DNA of 36,492 nucleotides from a virus (Duplodnaviria; Heunggongvirae; Uroviricota; Caudoviricetes). The translations under genes were made by a program, and so were the position numbers. Every line of letters starts with the position of its first letter. Positions within the stretch are counted from its first letter, which is position 1. The notes beneath the pieces were generated by a model. The model was not told the origin of the DNA, made no database searches, and saw only the letters and a list, made by a program, of their open reading frames with translations. The DNA lies in IMG/VR virus record IMGVR_UViG_3300017650_000009, one strand, 5' to 3'. Below, one piece after another: positions 19,016-27,822 of this stretch.

Positions 19016-20737
19016 ATGTGGACTAAACACTTCCAGCAAGTATCAAAGGACGGCAAACTGAAGTCGTTAATGGATAAGCAACGCTCGTCAGCTTATCCTC
19101 ATGCGAACTCCGGTAACAACTTTGCCAGTTATTTGCCTGAGGTATATGCGGGCCATCCTATGCGCCAAGAGCGTTATACTCAATATGATATTATGGATCA
19201 AGATCCAGAAGTTAACGGCGCGCTTGATACGATTGCCGACTTTTCAACTCGTATTGATGAGGATACAAAAAGTCTTTTTGAGATTACTTATAACAATGAC
19301 CCAAATGATTCCGAAACAGAAATCATTAAAACACTTCTAAATCAATGGGTTAATTTGAATGATTTGAAGAAACGTTTGTGGAGAATGTTCCGCAATACTC
19401 TAAAATATGGGGATCAATTCTTTATTCGTGATCCAGAAACTGGAATCCTCCATTACGTTGATCACTCAAAAGTAGAGAAGATCATTGTAGATGAGACAAA
19501 AGGAAAGATCCCACAATTCTATGTGATAAGAGATCTTGATCTTAATCTAGTGGACAAAGTTGCAACTAAACCTGATGATTTTGGACAAAACATTCAGGGT
19601 ACTGGCACAAATAGTATGAACATGCCTGCGGGTATGACAAATCAGAACCGTGCAAATGCTGCAAAGAATATGATTTCCCAAAATGGGCGTTTTGATTCTG
19701 TTCAGAATGGCGCACATGTTGCAGCCGCTCACGTTGTTCATTTATCTTTGTCTGAGGGGTTAGATGCAAACTGGCCTTTCGGTACTTCAATTTTGGAACC
19801 AGTATTTAAGGTATTCAAACAGAAAGAACTACTCGAGGATTCGATTATTATCTATCGTGTTCAACGTGCTCCAGAACGTCGAGTGTTCTACATTGACGTA
19901 GGTGGTATTCCTGTTAACCGTTCCCAAGCTTACTTGGATAAAGTTAAAATGGAAATTCATCAGCGTCGCATCCCAACCCGTACAGGTGGAGGTGCGAATA
20001 TTGCAGATGCCGCATATAATCCGATGAGTATGTTGGAGGATTATTTCTTTGCTCAATCTCCGGATGGTCGTGGTTCGCGAGTTGAAACTCTTCCAGGTGG
20101 TGAAAACCTAGGCCAAATTGACGATCTCAAGTTCTTCAACAATAAGTTGATTCGTGGTCTTCGCGTTCCTAGTTCTTATTTGCCTACGGGTCCAGAAGAT
20201 GGCGGCGCAGTATTCAACGACGGTCGTGTTGGAACCGCATATATTCAGGAATTCCGTTTCGCCAACTATTGTCAACGTTTGCAGACTTTGTTGGCTTCTG
20301 TTCTCGAGGATGAATTCAAACTTTTCATCAAACGTCGTGGGTATAATATCGATGCAAGTTTGTTTGGTCTCACGTTCAATCCTCCGCAGAACTTCCGTCA
20401 GTTTGCACAAGTGGAACGAGACGCTGCTTTGATTGGGTCGTTTACGCCACTTATGGATGTTGGATATTTGAGTAAGCGATTCCTATTGGGACGTTACTTG
20501 GGTCTCACAGAGGAAGAAATAAGTGAGAACGAACGTCTATGGCGTGAGGAAAATCCTCAGCTCACAAAACCTGTTGAGGGTGAAATGAGTGGTGGAATTG
20601 GTGGCGGTGGTGCTGCTGGTTTGGATTCCGTTGGTTTCCGTGAACCACCTGAAGATATTGATTTCATAGATAGTGATGAACCAGAAACTGATGATGCTGG
20701 TGAAGAACAACCTCCATTGGACTTAGGAGATGAATAA
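19016..20737 (+). CDS. gp20: portal protein
   Basis: LLEDSIIIYRVQRAPERRVFYIDVG, EDYFF, GRGSRVETLPGGENLGQIDD and L.VPSSYL motifs. Confidence 0.97.
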   Translation: MWTKHFQQVSKDGKLKSLMDKQRSSAYPHANSGNNFASYLPEVYAGHPMRQERYTQYDIMDQDPEVNGALDTIADFSTRIDEDTKSLFEITYNNDPNDSETEIIKTLLNQWVNLNDLKKRLWRMFRNTLKYGDQFFIRDPETGILHYVDHSKVEKIIVDETKGKIPQFYVIRDLDLNLVDKVATKPDDFGQNIQGTGTNSMNMPAGMTNQNRANAAKNMISQNGRFDSVQNGAHVAAAHVVHLSLSEGLDANWPFGTSILEPVFKVFKQKELLEDSIIIYRVQRAPERRVFYIDVGGIPVNRSQAYLDKVKMEIHQRRIPTRTGGGANIADAAYNPMSMLEDYFFAQSPDGRGSRVETLPGGENLGQIDDLKFFNNKLIRGLRVPSSYLPTGPEDGGAVFNDGRVGTAYIQEFRFANYCQRLQTLLASVLEDEFKLFIKRRGYNIDASLFGLTFNPPQNFRQFAQVERDAALIGSFTPLMDVGYLSKRFLLGRYLGLTEEEISENERLWREENPQLTKPVEGEMSGGIGGGGAAGLDSVGFREPPEDIDFIDSDEPETDDAGEEQPPLDLGDE

Positions 20738-20964
20738 TGAGATACAGTGAATTTGGTCAAATCCTCAATGAGGTATTCATCGACCCTAATGAGGATGAAA
20801 TTTTCAAACAACATGCGGGTGATATTCGTAAACCCACCCTTACACTTCGCATGTTGAACAAGTTGAAGAAAATCCGTGCTACCAATGACCTAGAGGGGAT
20901 TAAAAAGGAATCCCTTCTCGGAGTCATGTATGGTATCCCAGAGGATGACGACGGCGGATTTTAA
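20737..20964 (+). CDS. small prohead-associated protein
   Basis: TAATG coupling to the portal gene; RKPTLTLRMLNKLKK...MYG. Confidence 0.7.
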   Translation: MRYSEFGQILNEVFIDPNEDEIFKQHAGDIRKPTLTLRMLNKLKKIRATNDLEGIKKESLLGVMYGIPEDDDGGF

Positions 20965-21296
20965 GAATGTTTACCCGTGTATTGGGCGAACATACTATTG
21001 CAAATATTTTCGATCGACTTCAAACTATTGGGGTCGATCTTTTTTAATGTGGCTTCTGCACGTTCAATACAAGTGCGAGTATGAACACAATCCATCCTAC
21101 GAAGTTCAAAACCACGATCCTCAATATATTTTATAATCGCGCTTACAGTTCGAGGACTGTTGTCGAACTCAGCATTTAGGTGTCTGCTTATATCCGATAT
21201 AAGCTGTTGATTTGTTTGTGATTCTAACTTTCGATCCTGCGAATTAAGAACTCGCTTTGCGCTAACAACCACATACTTAATTACATTCGATTTCAT
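20961..21296 (-). CDS. hypothetical protein inserted antisense in the head cluster
   Basis: GAGGA RBS; TTGCAA-N16-TATAGT promoter at 21323-21350. Confidence 0.75.
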   Translation of the reverse strand: MKSNVIKYVVVSAKRVLNSQDRKLESQTNQQLISDISRHLNAEFDNSPRTVSAIIKYIEDRGFELRRMDCVHTRTCIERAEATLKKIDPNSLKSIENICNSMFAQYTGKHS

Positions 21297-21404
21297 ACTG
21301 TCCTCATAATTGTCGATAACCCACTATAACAGGCTATATTCCGTTTGCAACAGCCAAAAAGCACGCTTTTTGAAGTGTTTGAGCATGTTTACCGTACATT
21401 TTAT

Positions 21405-21410
21405 TAAATA
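21405..21410 (+). promoter_or_regulatory. late promoter
   Basis: TAAATA upstream of ATG 21467. Confidence 0.7.
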
Positions 21411-21466
21411 AGCAAGTGAACATTAACCCCTTTAAATGTTCTCATTAATTGAGGAAGGAGAATAAA

Positions 21467-22456
21467 ATGCAGAAGGTAGATCTTACAAAAGTTCTAGACT
21501 TGCTCATTGCTGAAGAACAGGAAGAAGCTGGAAAGCTCCTTCATGAGTGGTTCGTTGGTAAGTCCAAGGCAATTCTTGAAGAAATTATGCAGGAAGACGA
21601 CGCAGCTCTCGATGATATCGAAGACGCGAAGGCAGAGATTCAGTCTGAGGAATTCTACTCGGATATTGATCTTGATGAAGCTTCTGATGAAGATGAAGAA
21701 GAAGTAGACGTCGACTTCGGTGGTGAAGAAGGTGAAGTAGCTGGTGATGAACTAGCAACTGATGATGCTGTTGCAGATCTCGGTGACGAACTCGGCGCAC
21801 ACGAAGCAGAAGATGAAGTAGTTGCTGACAAGGTTGAAGACCTCGAAGCTCAGCTTGCTGAGTTGAAGGCAGAATTCGATAAGCTTATGGGCCTCGAAGA
21901 CGGCGAAGCAGAAGTTGCTTTGGACGTTGATGGCGATGGAGAAGCTGACCTCGAAGCTGACGTAGTTGGTATTGATCTTGGTGAGTCCGAAGAGCTTGAA
22001 GAAGAAGTTCTTGATGAAGCTGAAGAAGAACTCGACGAAGGCGAAGAAGTTGTCGCTGAAGATGAAGATTTCGTAAGCCTCGAAGAATCCTTTGAACTAG
22101 AGCGCGTTGCTGACCCAGATCTTTCTGGCGATGAAACAATCGGCGATGGTGAAAAGATTCACGTCGAAACTCACTCCCCACTTCCTAACAAGAAGCCTGT
22201 TGACCGCGTAGGTGGTAAGGCTGTCGAGATCAAGGGCAAGACTCATAAGGGTTATGACCGTGAAACTCCTCCAGCAGTTGAAGGCAAGCCTCTTCTTAAG
22301 AACCAGGTAAAGAATGCCAAGGAAGACTTAACACCAGTTAAGAAGGGCGGCGATGCGTCGGCTCTCCTAAACAAGGCTCCTGCTGCTGACAAGGGTAAGT
22401 CCCCAATCGGCGGCGGCGCTGTTGATCTTCGTGGTAGCGATTTCAAGCGCAAGTAA
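21467..22456 (+). CDS. highly acidic prohead core protein
   Basis: AAGGAG RBS; Asp/Glu-rich with many L/I-x-E motifs; lies between portal and protease. Confidence 0.75.
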   Translation: MQKVDLTKVLDLLIAEEQEEAGKLLHEWFVGKSKAILEEIMQEDDAALDDIEDAKAEIQSEEFYSDIDLDEASDEDEEEVDVDFGGEEGEVAGDELATDDAVADLGDELGAHEAEDEVVADKVEDLEAQLAELKAEFDKLMGLEDGEAEVALDVDGDGEADLEADVVGIDLGESEELEEEVLDEAEEELDEGEEVVAEDEDFVSLEESFELERVADPDLSGDETIGDGEKIHVETHSPLPNKKPVDRVGGKAVEIKGKTHKGYDRETPPAVEGKPLLKNQVKNAKEDLTPVKKGGDASALLNKAPAADKGKSPIGGGAVDLRGSDFKRK

Positions 22457-22481
22457 AATTGCACTTGCTGTTCGAGCGCGC

Positions 22482-22506
22482 AAATGGAGCCCAATGGGCT
22501 CCATTT
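22482..22506 (+). terminator. stem-loop (terminator or processing site)
   Basis: AAATGGAGCCCA-a-TGGGCTCCATTT. Confidence 0.7.
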
Positions 22507-22530
22507 CCGTATGTAATCGAGTTTACCAGC

Positions 22531-22536
22531 TAAATA
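22531..22536 (+). promoter_or_regulatory. late promoter
   Basis: TAAATA about 30 nt upstream of gp21. Confidence 0.7.
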
Positions 22537-22566
22537 AGAGGTAATTTAAACTTAAAGGGTGAAATA

Positions 22567-23202
22567 ATGGCTAACTTCCTAAAAGAGAGTATGACATTCG
22601 ACCAGGCACAAGTCCTACTTGAGGGCGGCGGCCTTAATGACCAGGGCAAGCCGAAGGACCTCTATATGCGTGGTATCTTCATTCAGGGCGGAGTCCGTAA
22701 TCACAATCAGCGTGTTTATCCGGTTCATGAAATTCGTAATGCTGTAGAACAGCTTAATGAAACATTGCGCCGTGGTGAATCTATCCTTGGTGAAGCTGAT
22801 CACCCAGAAGAACTCAACATCAATTTGGATCGAGTTTCCCACATGATCACCGAAATGTATATGGATGGTGCTAATGGAATTGGCAAGCTAAAGATTCTTC
22901 CAACTCCAATGGGCAATATCATCCGTACGCTTTTGGAATCCAACGTTAAGCTTGGTGTATCCAGTCGTGGTTCGGGTAACGTTGATGCTAATGGTGATGT
23001 TAGTGACTTTGAAATTGTAACTGTTGATGTTGTGGCTCGTCCATCTGCACCAGCTGCTTATCCAAAGGCGGTTTATGAGGCATTGAATCACAATAAGCGT
23101 GGTGCGATCACCCAGAACCTCGCTGAAGCTATGATACATGATGCCGCTGCTCAGAAATATTTACGTGATGAACTAATCAATTGGATTAAGGATCTAAAAT
23201 AA
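22567..23202 (+). CDS. gp21: prohead maturation protease
   Basis: N.N.RVYP, GEADHP (His), LGVSSRGSG (Ser) and DVVA.PSAP.AYP motifs. Confidence 0.97.
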   Translation: MANFLKESMTFDQAQVLLEGGGLNDQGKPKDLYMRGIFIQGGVRNHNQRVYPVHEIRNAVEQLNETLRRGESILGEADHPEELNINLDRVSHMITEMYMDGANGIGKLKILPTPMGNIIRTLLESNVKLGVSSRGSGNVDANGDVSDFEIVTVDVVARPSAPAAYPKAVYEALNHNKRGAITQNLAEAMIHDAAAQKYLRDELINWIKDLK

Positions 23203-23603
23203 TGAGAGCACATGAGTTATATGAGTCAGCCATATCATTTCAGAAAGGTGATCTCGTTACTTATGATTTGGATCCAAAGAAACGAAATTCCCCACGTGGT
23301 AACGCTGTGTTCAAGACGATGTCTACAAAGAAAAACCATGCTTACATCGACACAGAAACAGAAGGTACAATATTGGTGCCAGTCGGTGAACTGGCTCATA
23401 GAACATCCAATAGCATTGAAGAAGCTATTATGGAAACCGGAAACGCAAACGCCCAGCAAAAGGGTATCGATTTTGATGGAACTCCATCAAAGAAAAACTC
23501 CGGAGATATTGATCTTTCATCTCCGAAGTCAAAAGCTTCTGGTTCAAAAACACCACTAGCACAAGCTAAGGGTGGAACTAATGTAGGTAAAATCAAGTCC
23601 TAA
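23202..23603 (+). CDS. putative internal head protein
   Basis: TAATG coupling to gp21; N-terminus MRAHELYE. Confidence 0.65.
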   Translation: MRAHELYESAISFQKGDLVTYDLDPKKRNSPRGNAVFKTMSTKKNHAYIDTETEGTILVPVGELAHRTSNSIEEAIMETGNANAQQKGIDFDGTPSKKNSGDIDLSSPKSKASGSKTPLAQAKGGTNVGKIKS

Positions 23604-24211
23604 GGCAATGGTGTTGCACCACCTCCCGCATAATGAGACCAAATGGCGAGGTCGAAATCGGCCATCGCCATTTTCTTTTTCTGTGCTTCAGCTAGTAATA
23701 TGGCTTCTAGCCTCAAGTAATCAGGACCATTTGGTATACCCTCCGGGACATTCGGCGCACCAATATGCTTGAGGTATTTCAGCATATGAGTGTCAATGAC
23801 TGCGACTGCTTCATTTCTACGACTATGAAGCGTAAAGAACCTAGACGTTTTGTAACCGGCTCCTGTGATGTTTTGCCGTATATCCTCGGCACTTGCCGTA
23901 CGGAACCAACTATTACCCTTCCGAGCGGATTCCTCAAACCCCTTCTTGAGCAAAGCATATTTGCCCATCTTAACCGCACGAAGTGAATGCTCTAATGAGC
24001 TTCCAGCACCAAAACCCAAGCTTTGATAATTAATAAGTTCGAATGGTGTTTTGAACGTTGCATTTGTGGCGTTAACTGGACGCAAATAATCATTGATCTT
24101 TCCGGCCATCATTGTGGCCTTCTTTCCAGCAACTGCAAGACAAAATAACCAAAACTCTTCTAGTTCAGCATCTGTACGATCATAATTGGTAATTTTAAAT
24201 GGATCAATCAT
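23600..24211 (-). CDS. HhH-GPD DNA glycosylase/AP lyase, Ogg2-like
   Basis: ITGAGYKTSRFF (HhH Lys), VAVIDTH (Asp), Y..LE and DLAIW motifs; AAGGAG RBS. Confidence 0.75.
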   Translation of the reverse strand: MIDPFKITNYDRTDAELEEFWLFCLAVAGKKATMMAGKINDYLRPVNATNATFKTPFELINYQSLGFGAGSSLEHSLRAVKMGKYALLKKGFEESARKGNSWFRTASAEDIRQNITGAGYKTSRFFTLHSRRNEAVAVIDTHMLKYLKHIGAPNVPEGIPNGPDYLRLEAILLAEAQKKKMAMADFDLAIWSHYAGGGATPLP

Positions 24212-24225
24212 AGGAACTCCTTTGT

Positions 24226-24264
24226 ATGAACCCTATTGATTTGTTCATGTCTTGTCAATAAATA
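24226..24264. promoter_or_regulatory. adjacent divergent promoters: sigma70-type (-) and late (+)
   Basis: Minus TTGACA (24253-24258)-N17-TAGGGT; plus TAAATA at 24259-24264. Confidence 0.6.
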
Positions 24265-24284
24265 TAGGCAAAAGGAGTACCAAC

Positions 24285-24872
24285 ATGCGATATAATGAAA
24301 TCACTGCAAAACTAAATGAGGCAGCAAAATTCAAGTTTAATGTCTTTGTCGAAATCTCTTATGCGGTTGGACAAAGACGAACCGGTTTTGAAATTTCTCG
24401 TATGTTTGAAGGCTCAACAGCAAACGAAGTTGAAATCAAAGCAGAAGCTGAATTGGATGCTTACTTTGAACAAAACCCTAAAGCTACTTCGGTGCCTGGT
24501 TGGAAATCAGAAGGCAAAGTAGAATATCCGCTCTACGATCCAGACGAACCAAACAAGCAATACGTAATTGCGGACATTTTTGTTGTTGAAGAACCTAAAG
24601 TAACAAAGCCAGCAAAAAAGTCAAAAGCTTCCGCTACCGCTAGAACTATTTCAAGTGAAGAAGTTGCTGAAGTCCTTTTTGGGAATGAACGTAATGCTTG
24701 GTATCAAGCTGATCTTGATTATCTAGCTTATGAAAATGATAAAGAATCGGCACTAGACCGTGCCAACCAGTTTAACTTGGAATTAGATGGCATCCCATAT
24801 AAGTTTGTCGATTGTAAGCGTTTCGACAACGATGGTGATATGGGATGGATCTGGCATGTGGCCCCAAAATAA
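24285..24872 (+). CDS. putative internal head protein
   Basis: AAGGAG RBS, own late promoter, N-terminus MRYNEITAKLNE. Confidence 0.7.
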   Translation: MRYNEITAKLNEAAKFKFNVFVEISYAVGQRRTGFEISRMFEGSTANEVEIKAEAELDAYFEQNPKATSVPGWKSEGKVEYPLYDPDEPNKQYVIADIFVVEEPKVTKPAKKSKASATARTISSEEVAEVLFGNERNAWYQADLDYLAYENDKESALDRANQFNLELDGIPYKFVDCKRFDNDGDMGWIWHVAPK

Positions 24873-24883
24873 GGCCACATCAA

Positions 24884-25267
24884 TTAATGATTAACGTCGA
24901 CATCGATTGAAATCAGTGTACGATTTTCAGAATCAATTGGATCATAAGCCTTTGGACTTACAGTGTCACCGAAAGAATACTTGTGCGATGAAGTGCACGA
25001 GCTTTGACCCTTCAAAGCACTTTCGACGATTTCGCCAATATAGTTGAGATCCATTTCTATACGAAACAGTATGTCGTCATCATTAGAAACCAAATGCTTG
25101 GTATCGAAAACAAATGAACCTCTGAAATCAGGAACATACGAATCGTCGTCCGAATAGTAATCCATATTTGTATGTTCTTCAACATTGATGATCGGAAAGC
25201 CAGCTTCCTTAGCTAGATCCTGCAGGTATGCAAAACGCTTATCTGATGGGATTGAGAAGTAAGACAT
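24884..25267 (-). CDS. hypothetical early protein
   Basis: Cassette promoter and AGGAGATCGAA RBS. Confidence 0.85.
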   Translation of the reverse strand: MSYFSIPSDKRFAYLQDLAKEAGFPIINVEEHTNMDYYSDDDSYVPDFRGSFVFDTKHLVSNDDDILFRIEMDLNYIGEIVESALKGQSSCTSSHKYSFGDTVSPKAYDPIDSENRTLISIDVDVNH

Positions 25268-25268
25268 T

Positions 25269-25333
25269 TTCGATCTCCTTTGTTTCTGTTCGTACCCAAC
25301 ATAGCAGAATAGGAATGAATGTCAACCTGTTTT
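25269..25333 (-). promoter_or_regulatory. early promoter and RBS cassette
   Basis: AAAACAGG-TTGAC-attcattcctattctg-CTATGTT...AGGAGATCGAA. Confidence 0.85.
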
Positions 25334-25901
25334 ATGCAGCCATCAGATCTTTAATCCATTGGAACTTGCCAGCCGTTTTACGATTGCGATTGGTTTCAGT
25401 ATTATAAATTGCATGAACGACAGCATCGATGATTGCCTTTTCGGCAATATCAACCTTTTCTTTCTTTTTCTTCACGCTTACGTTCTTCATGCTTATTGGG
25501 CGATTTTCTGCAACCGCGCAATGATTACGAAGTGTTTTGTTATTAGTACCATCAGGACGGCCATAAATGCGAACAGCTTCTTTGAAGTTCTCGTAACCGA
25601 AATCTCCACGGGTACTATTGCAGCCCTGACACGTCATTGTCAGATTGCTTTGAGCATTACGTTCATGTGAATGTTTTTGGAAATTCTTTTGGCAAATAAT
25701 GTGCTCGATTGTTGCGAGCTTATCGCTTTTGAGATCAGTGAATGAAGTCTGGATACCGCAGCAATCACATACGCCGTGATGCTTAACCCAAAGGTCATAC
25801 CGGCGTTTTCCATTTGAGGTCGTCGGTCGAGTTACCAACAGCATATCAAGTTCAAATGTTGAAATTACATTTGCATTTGTTTTGCTAATTGGCTTGGACA
25901 T
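25332..25901 (-). CDS. HNH endonuclease family protein
   Basis: CDCC...TIEHII...N...CQGCN..RG zinc-binding HNH motif. Confidence 0.85.
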   Translation of the reverse strand: MSKPISKTNANVISTFELDMLLVTRPTTSNGKRRYDLWVKHHGVCDCCGIQTSFTDLKSDKLATIEHIICQKNFQKHSHERNAQSNLTMTCQGCNSTRGDFGYENFKEAVRIYGRPDGTNNKTLRNHCAVAENRPISMKNVSVKKKKEKVDIAEKAIIDAVVHAIYNTETNRNRKTAGKFQWIKDLMAA

Positions 25902-25903
25902 GT

Positions 25904-25969
25904 TTCGATCTCCTGCTGCGTTTGTATCTCAAACATAGCAGGTTTAGGAATGATGTCAATCCTGTTTTT
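25904..25969 (-). promoter_or_regulatory. early promoter and RBS cassette
   Basis: AAAACAGGA-TTGAC-atcattcctaaacctg-CTATGTT...AGGAGATCGAA. Confidence 0.85.
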
Positions 25970-25974
25970 GAAAA

Positions 25975-26376
25975 TTAGGAAGAAATTTCAACCTTTTTCA
26001 CAGCAGGGTCATTTGTGAAGTAAGAATATGAAAGACCATTCTTATAGCAATAGTAGCCAATGTCCTCGAGGACATGCAGGTCATCATGGGATTCACGATC
26101 CCAACGAATTGCAGTTGCACGGTCACCTGCACCAGCTTCGATGATGCTTGCAATGCGAGCTTCGAAGATTTCCGCATTACGAGCGCGCTGGGCATCTTCT
26201 TCCTTAATGGCTTCGCCGACTGCAAGGCTGAGTTTATCAGCTTCGGCTTCGAGTTCAGCAATACTCATACGAGCATAATACGAACGGGAGTCGCTAGAGG
26301 GACGGAAGCCGTATGCATCCTTGTGAGCATCGCTGATGTAAGACATAAGTTCATCACGCTTGCTACGAGTTACCAT
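25975..26376 (-). CDS. conserved hypothetical phage protein
   Basis: YISDAHKDAYGFRP...GAGDRATAIRW...GL.Y motif, recognisable from other large phages. Confidence 0.85.
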   Translation of the reverse strand: MVTRSKRDELMSYISDAHKDAYGFRPSSDSRSYYARMSIAELEAEADKLSLAVGEAIKEEDAQRARNAEIFEARIASIIEAGAGDRATAIRWDRESHDDLHVLEDIGYYCYKNGLSYSYFTNDPAVKKVEISS

Positions 26377-26379
26377 TGC

Positions 26380-26446
26380 TTCGATCTCCTGTTTGCTTGT
26401 GTTATACCAAACATAGCACGACTTAGGAATATGTCAACACCTATTT
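26380..26446 (-). promoter_or_regulatory. early promoter and RBS cassette
   Basis: TTGAC-atattcctaagtcgtg-CTATGTT...AGGAGATCGAA. Confidence 0.85.
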
Positions 26447-26644
26447 GGGATTATTTTTGAATCTCGGTTTGAAATTCAAACGATGCAACAGTTCTTGTTC
26501 CTTCAACGAAAGCACGTAGGTTGTATCGTTGTCCATCGTGTAACGGAGCGAACCATCTTTGCGAACATTTCCGGATAACACCAGGGTACCCGAAACGTTA
26601 TCACGGACAAAATGTGCCGCACGATTGAGAATAATCCGTGCCAT
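26441..26644 (-). CDS. hypothetical protein
   Basis: TAATG coupling to the upstream 32 aa gene. Confidence 0.75.
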   Translation of the reverse strand: MARIILNRAAHFVRDNVSGTLVLSGNVRKDGSLRYTMDNDTTYVLSLKEQELLHRLNFKPRFKNNPK

Positions 26645-26742
26645 TAGTTTGCACCAATAAGTGTTTCCAAACCCAAGTAGCCAACCTGCAGAATGACAAC
26701 TGCAATTGCGATGCCAACGATAAGATTCCGAACTATACCCAT
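26644..26742 (-). CDS. 32 aa single-TM protein
   Basis: AGGAGATCGAA directly before ATG 26742; MGIVRNLIVGIAIAVVILQVGYLGLETLIGAN. Confidence 0.8.
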   Translation of the reverse strand: MGIVRNLIVGIAIAVVILQVGYLGLETLIGAN

Positions 26743-26770
26743 TTCGATCTCCTTGTTTCGAGTTATTCCA

Positions 26771-27010
26771 TTATAGTTTTTCATATGCCATTTTTGCTTC
26801 GGAATAGTCCGAAGTTTGCATAACCATGCGAGAACTGGTTTTAACCGAATATGTAACGATATCGTGCGTGTGGACAATCGTACAATCCAAACTTGCAAGT
26901 TCGCTTCGGCCGTTTGTCGTGATACTTTTCATCAAAACAGGCCAAGTGTTGACTTCCATTTCGGAAACCATTTTTTCAAACTCATCCGACATATCGGCAG
27001 GTTCTGACAT
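26771..27010 (-). CDS. hypothetical protein
   Basis: AGGA RBS; tiles the operon. Confidence 0.75.
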   Translation of the reverse strand: MSEPADMSDEFEKMVSEMEVNTWPVLMKSITTNGRSELASLDCTIVHTHDIVTYSVKTSSRMVMQTSDYSEAKMAYEKL

Positions 27011-27019
27011 AGCTGTTTC

Positions 27020-27355
27020 CTATCTAAAATTGACAACCAAATACTTGTTGATGATTTCCTTTGTTTCGGCTGTCGGTTCATCGACAATTGTGCCATCTTG
27101 GAATTCATACTCACCAGTATGCTCAAAACTCAGATCAACACGGTCGAACGCATACGTTTTGCCTTCACGAACAACCTTGAGCGATAACAGCTTTTCAAGA
27201 ACTGGCTTGCTAATGCCGAGATCCGAATAGATGAAGTCAACGCCATCATCGTGAAACTCGTATGCCTCGGGCATGAGCATAACGAATGGAGATTCGAACT
27301 GTAAACGATCCATGAAAGATTTGCACTTGTCTCGTTCATCAAAATTAAAAATCAT
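27020..27355 (-). CDS. hypothetical protein
   Basis: AGGAGATCGAA RBS. Confidence 0.85.
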   Translation of the reverse strand: MIFNFDERDKCKSFMDRLQFESPFVMLMPEAYEFHDDGVDFIYSDLGISKPVLEKLLSLKVVREGKTYAFDRVDLSFEHTGEYEFQDGTIVDEPTAETKEIINKYLVVNFR

Positions 27356-27366
27356 CTTCGATCTCC

Positions 27367-27477
27367 TTAGTTAATCAAACCGCTCATGTAGTTCATTATG
27401 AACTCACATGCACTGAAAAGCAATCCCGCGAACAACAGGGTTCCGATAAACCCCAACACATTTTTTAACTCAGACAC
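27367..27477 (-). CDS. 36 aa hydrophobic protein, possible lipoprotein (not in ORF track)
   Basis: GGGAG RBS, GTG start; MSELKNVLGFIGTLLFAGLLFSACEFIMNYMSGLIN. Confidence 0.65.
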   Translation of the reverse strand: MSELKNVLGFIGTLLFAGLLFSACEFIMNYMSGLIN

Positions 27478-27643
27478 TTACGTTCTCCCGGTAATATACA
27501 CGCCAAGGATTTTCCCAATCATGGCGCACGAGAACGGGGCCATCACATTCGACACCCGCTTTTTTCTGTTTCTTATGGAACTTAAGGGCATCCGCGCCGT
27601 ATTTGAATTTCTTGCAAAACTGCGGTTTGTACTTACGAGTCAT
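27470..27643 (-). CDS. 57 aa basic protein (not in ORF track)
   Basis: TAATG coupling; MTRKYKPQFCKKFKYGADALKFHKKQKKAGVECDGPVLVRHDWENPWRVYYRENVSV. Confidence 0.7.
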   Translation of the reverse strand: MTRKYKPQFCKKFKYGADALKFHKKQKKAGVECDGPVLVRHDWENPWRVYYRENVSV

Positions 27644-27822
27644 TAATCACCTATTACTGTGACTGAACCACGACCACTAAGTCGGCCCACTAGATCATTG
27701 CGGTACTTATCATGATCCAAGTAGTTACCGCAGTCGTCTCGTGCTACCCATCGACCTTTGAACGCAATCAAGTTCGAATCTTTGTTTATGTTTCCGTGTT
27801 CACGCTTGACTGTAATAACCAT
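27643..27822 (-). CDS. 59 aa hypothetical protein (not in ORF track)
   Basis: AGGAGATCGAA-ATG; MVITVKREHGNINKDSNLIAFKGRWVARDDCGNYLDHDKYRNDLVGRLSGRGSVTVIGD. Confidence 0.8.
   Translation of the reverse strand: MVITVKREHGNINKDSNLIAFKGRWVARDDCGNYLDHDKYRNDLVGRLSGRGSVTVIGD

Noticed and set aside
21467-22456. Acidic protein as a DNA mimic or anti-restriction factor
   Set aside because: Position between portal and protease, a late promoter and many L/I-x-E sites fit a prohead core protein better.
27398-27646. 82 aa plus-strand ORF
   Set aside because: Shadow of coupled minus-strand micro-genes that have RBSs or stop-start overlaps.
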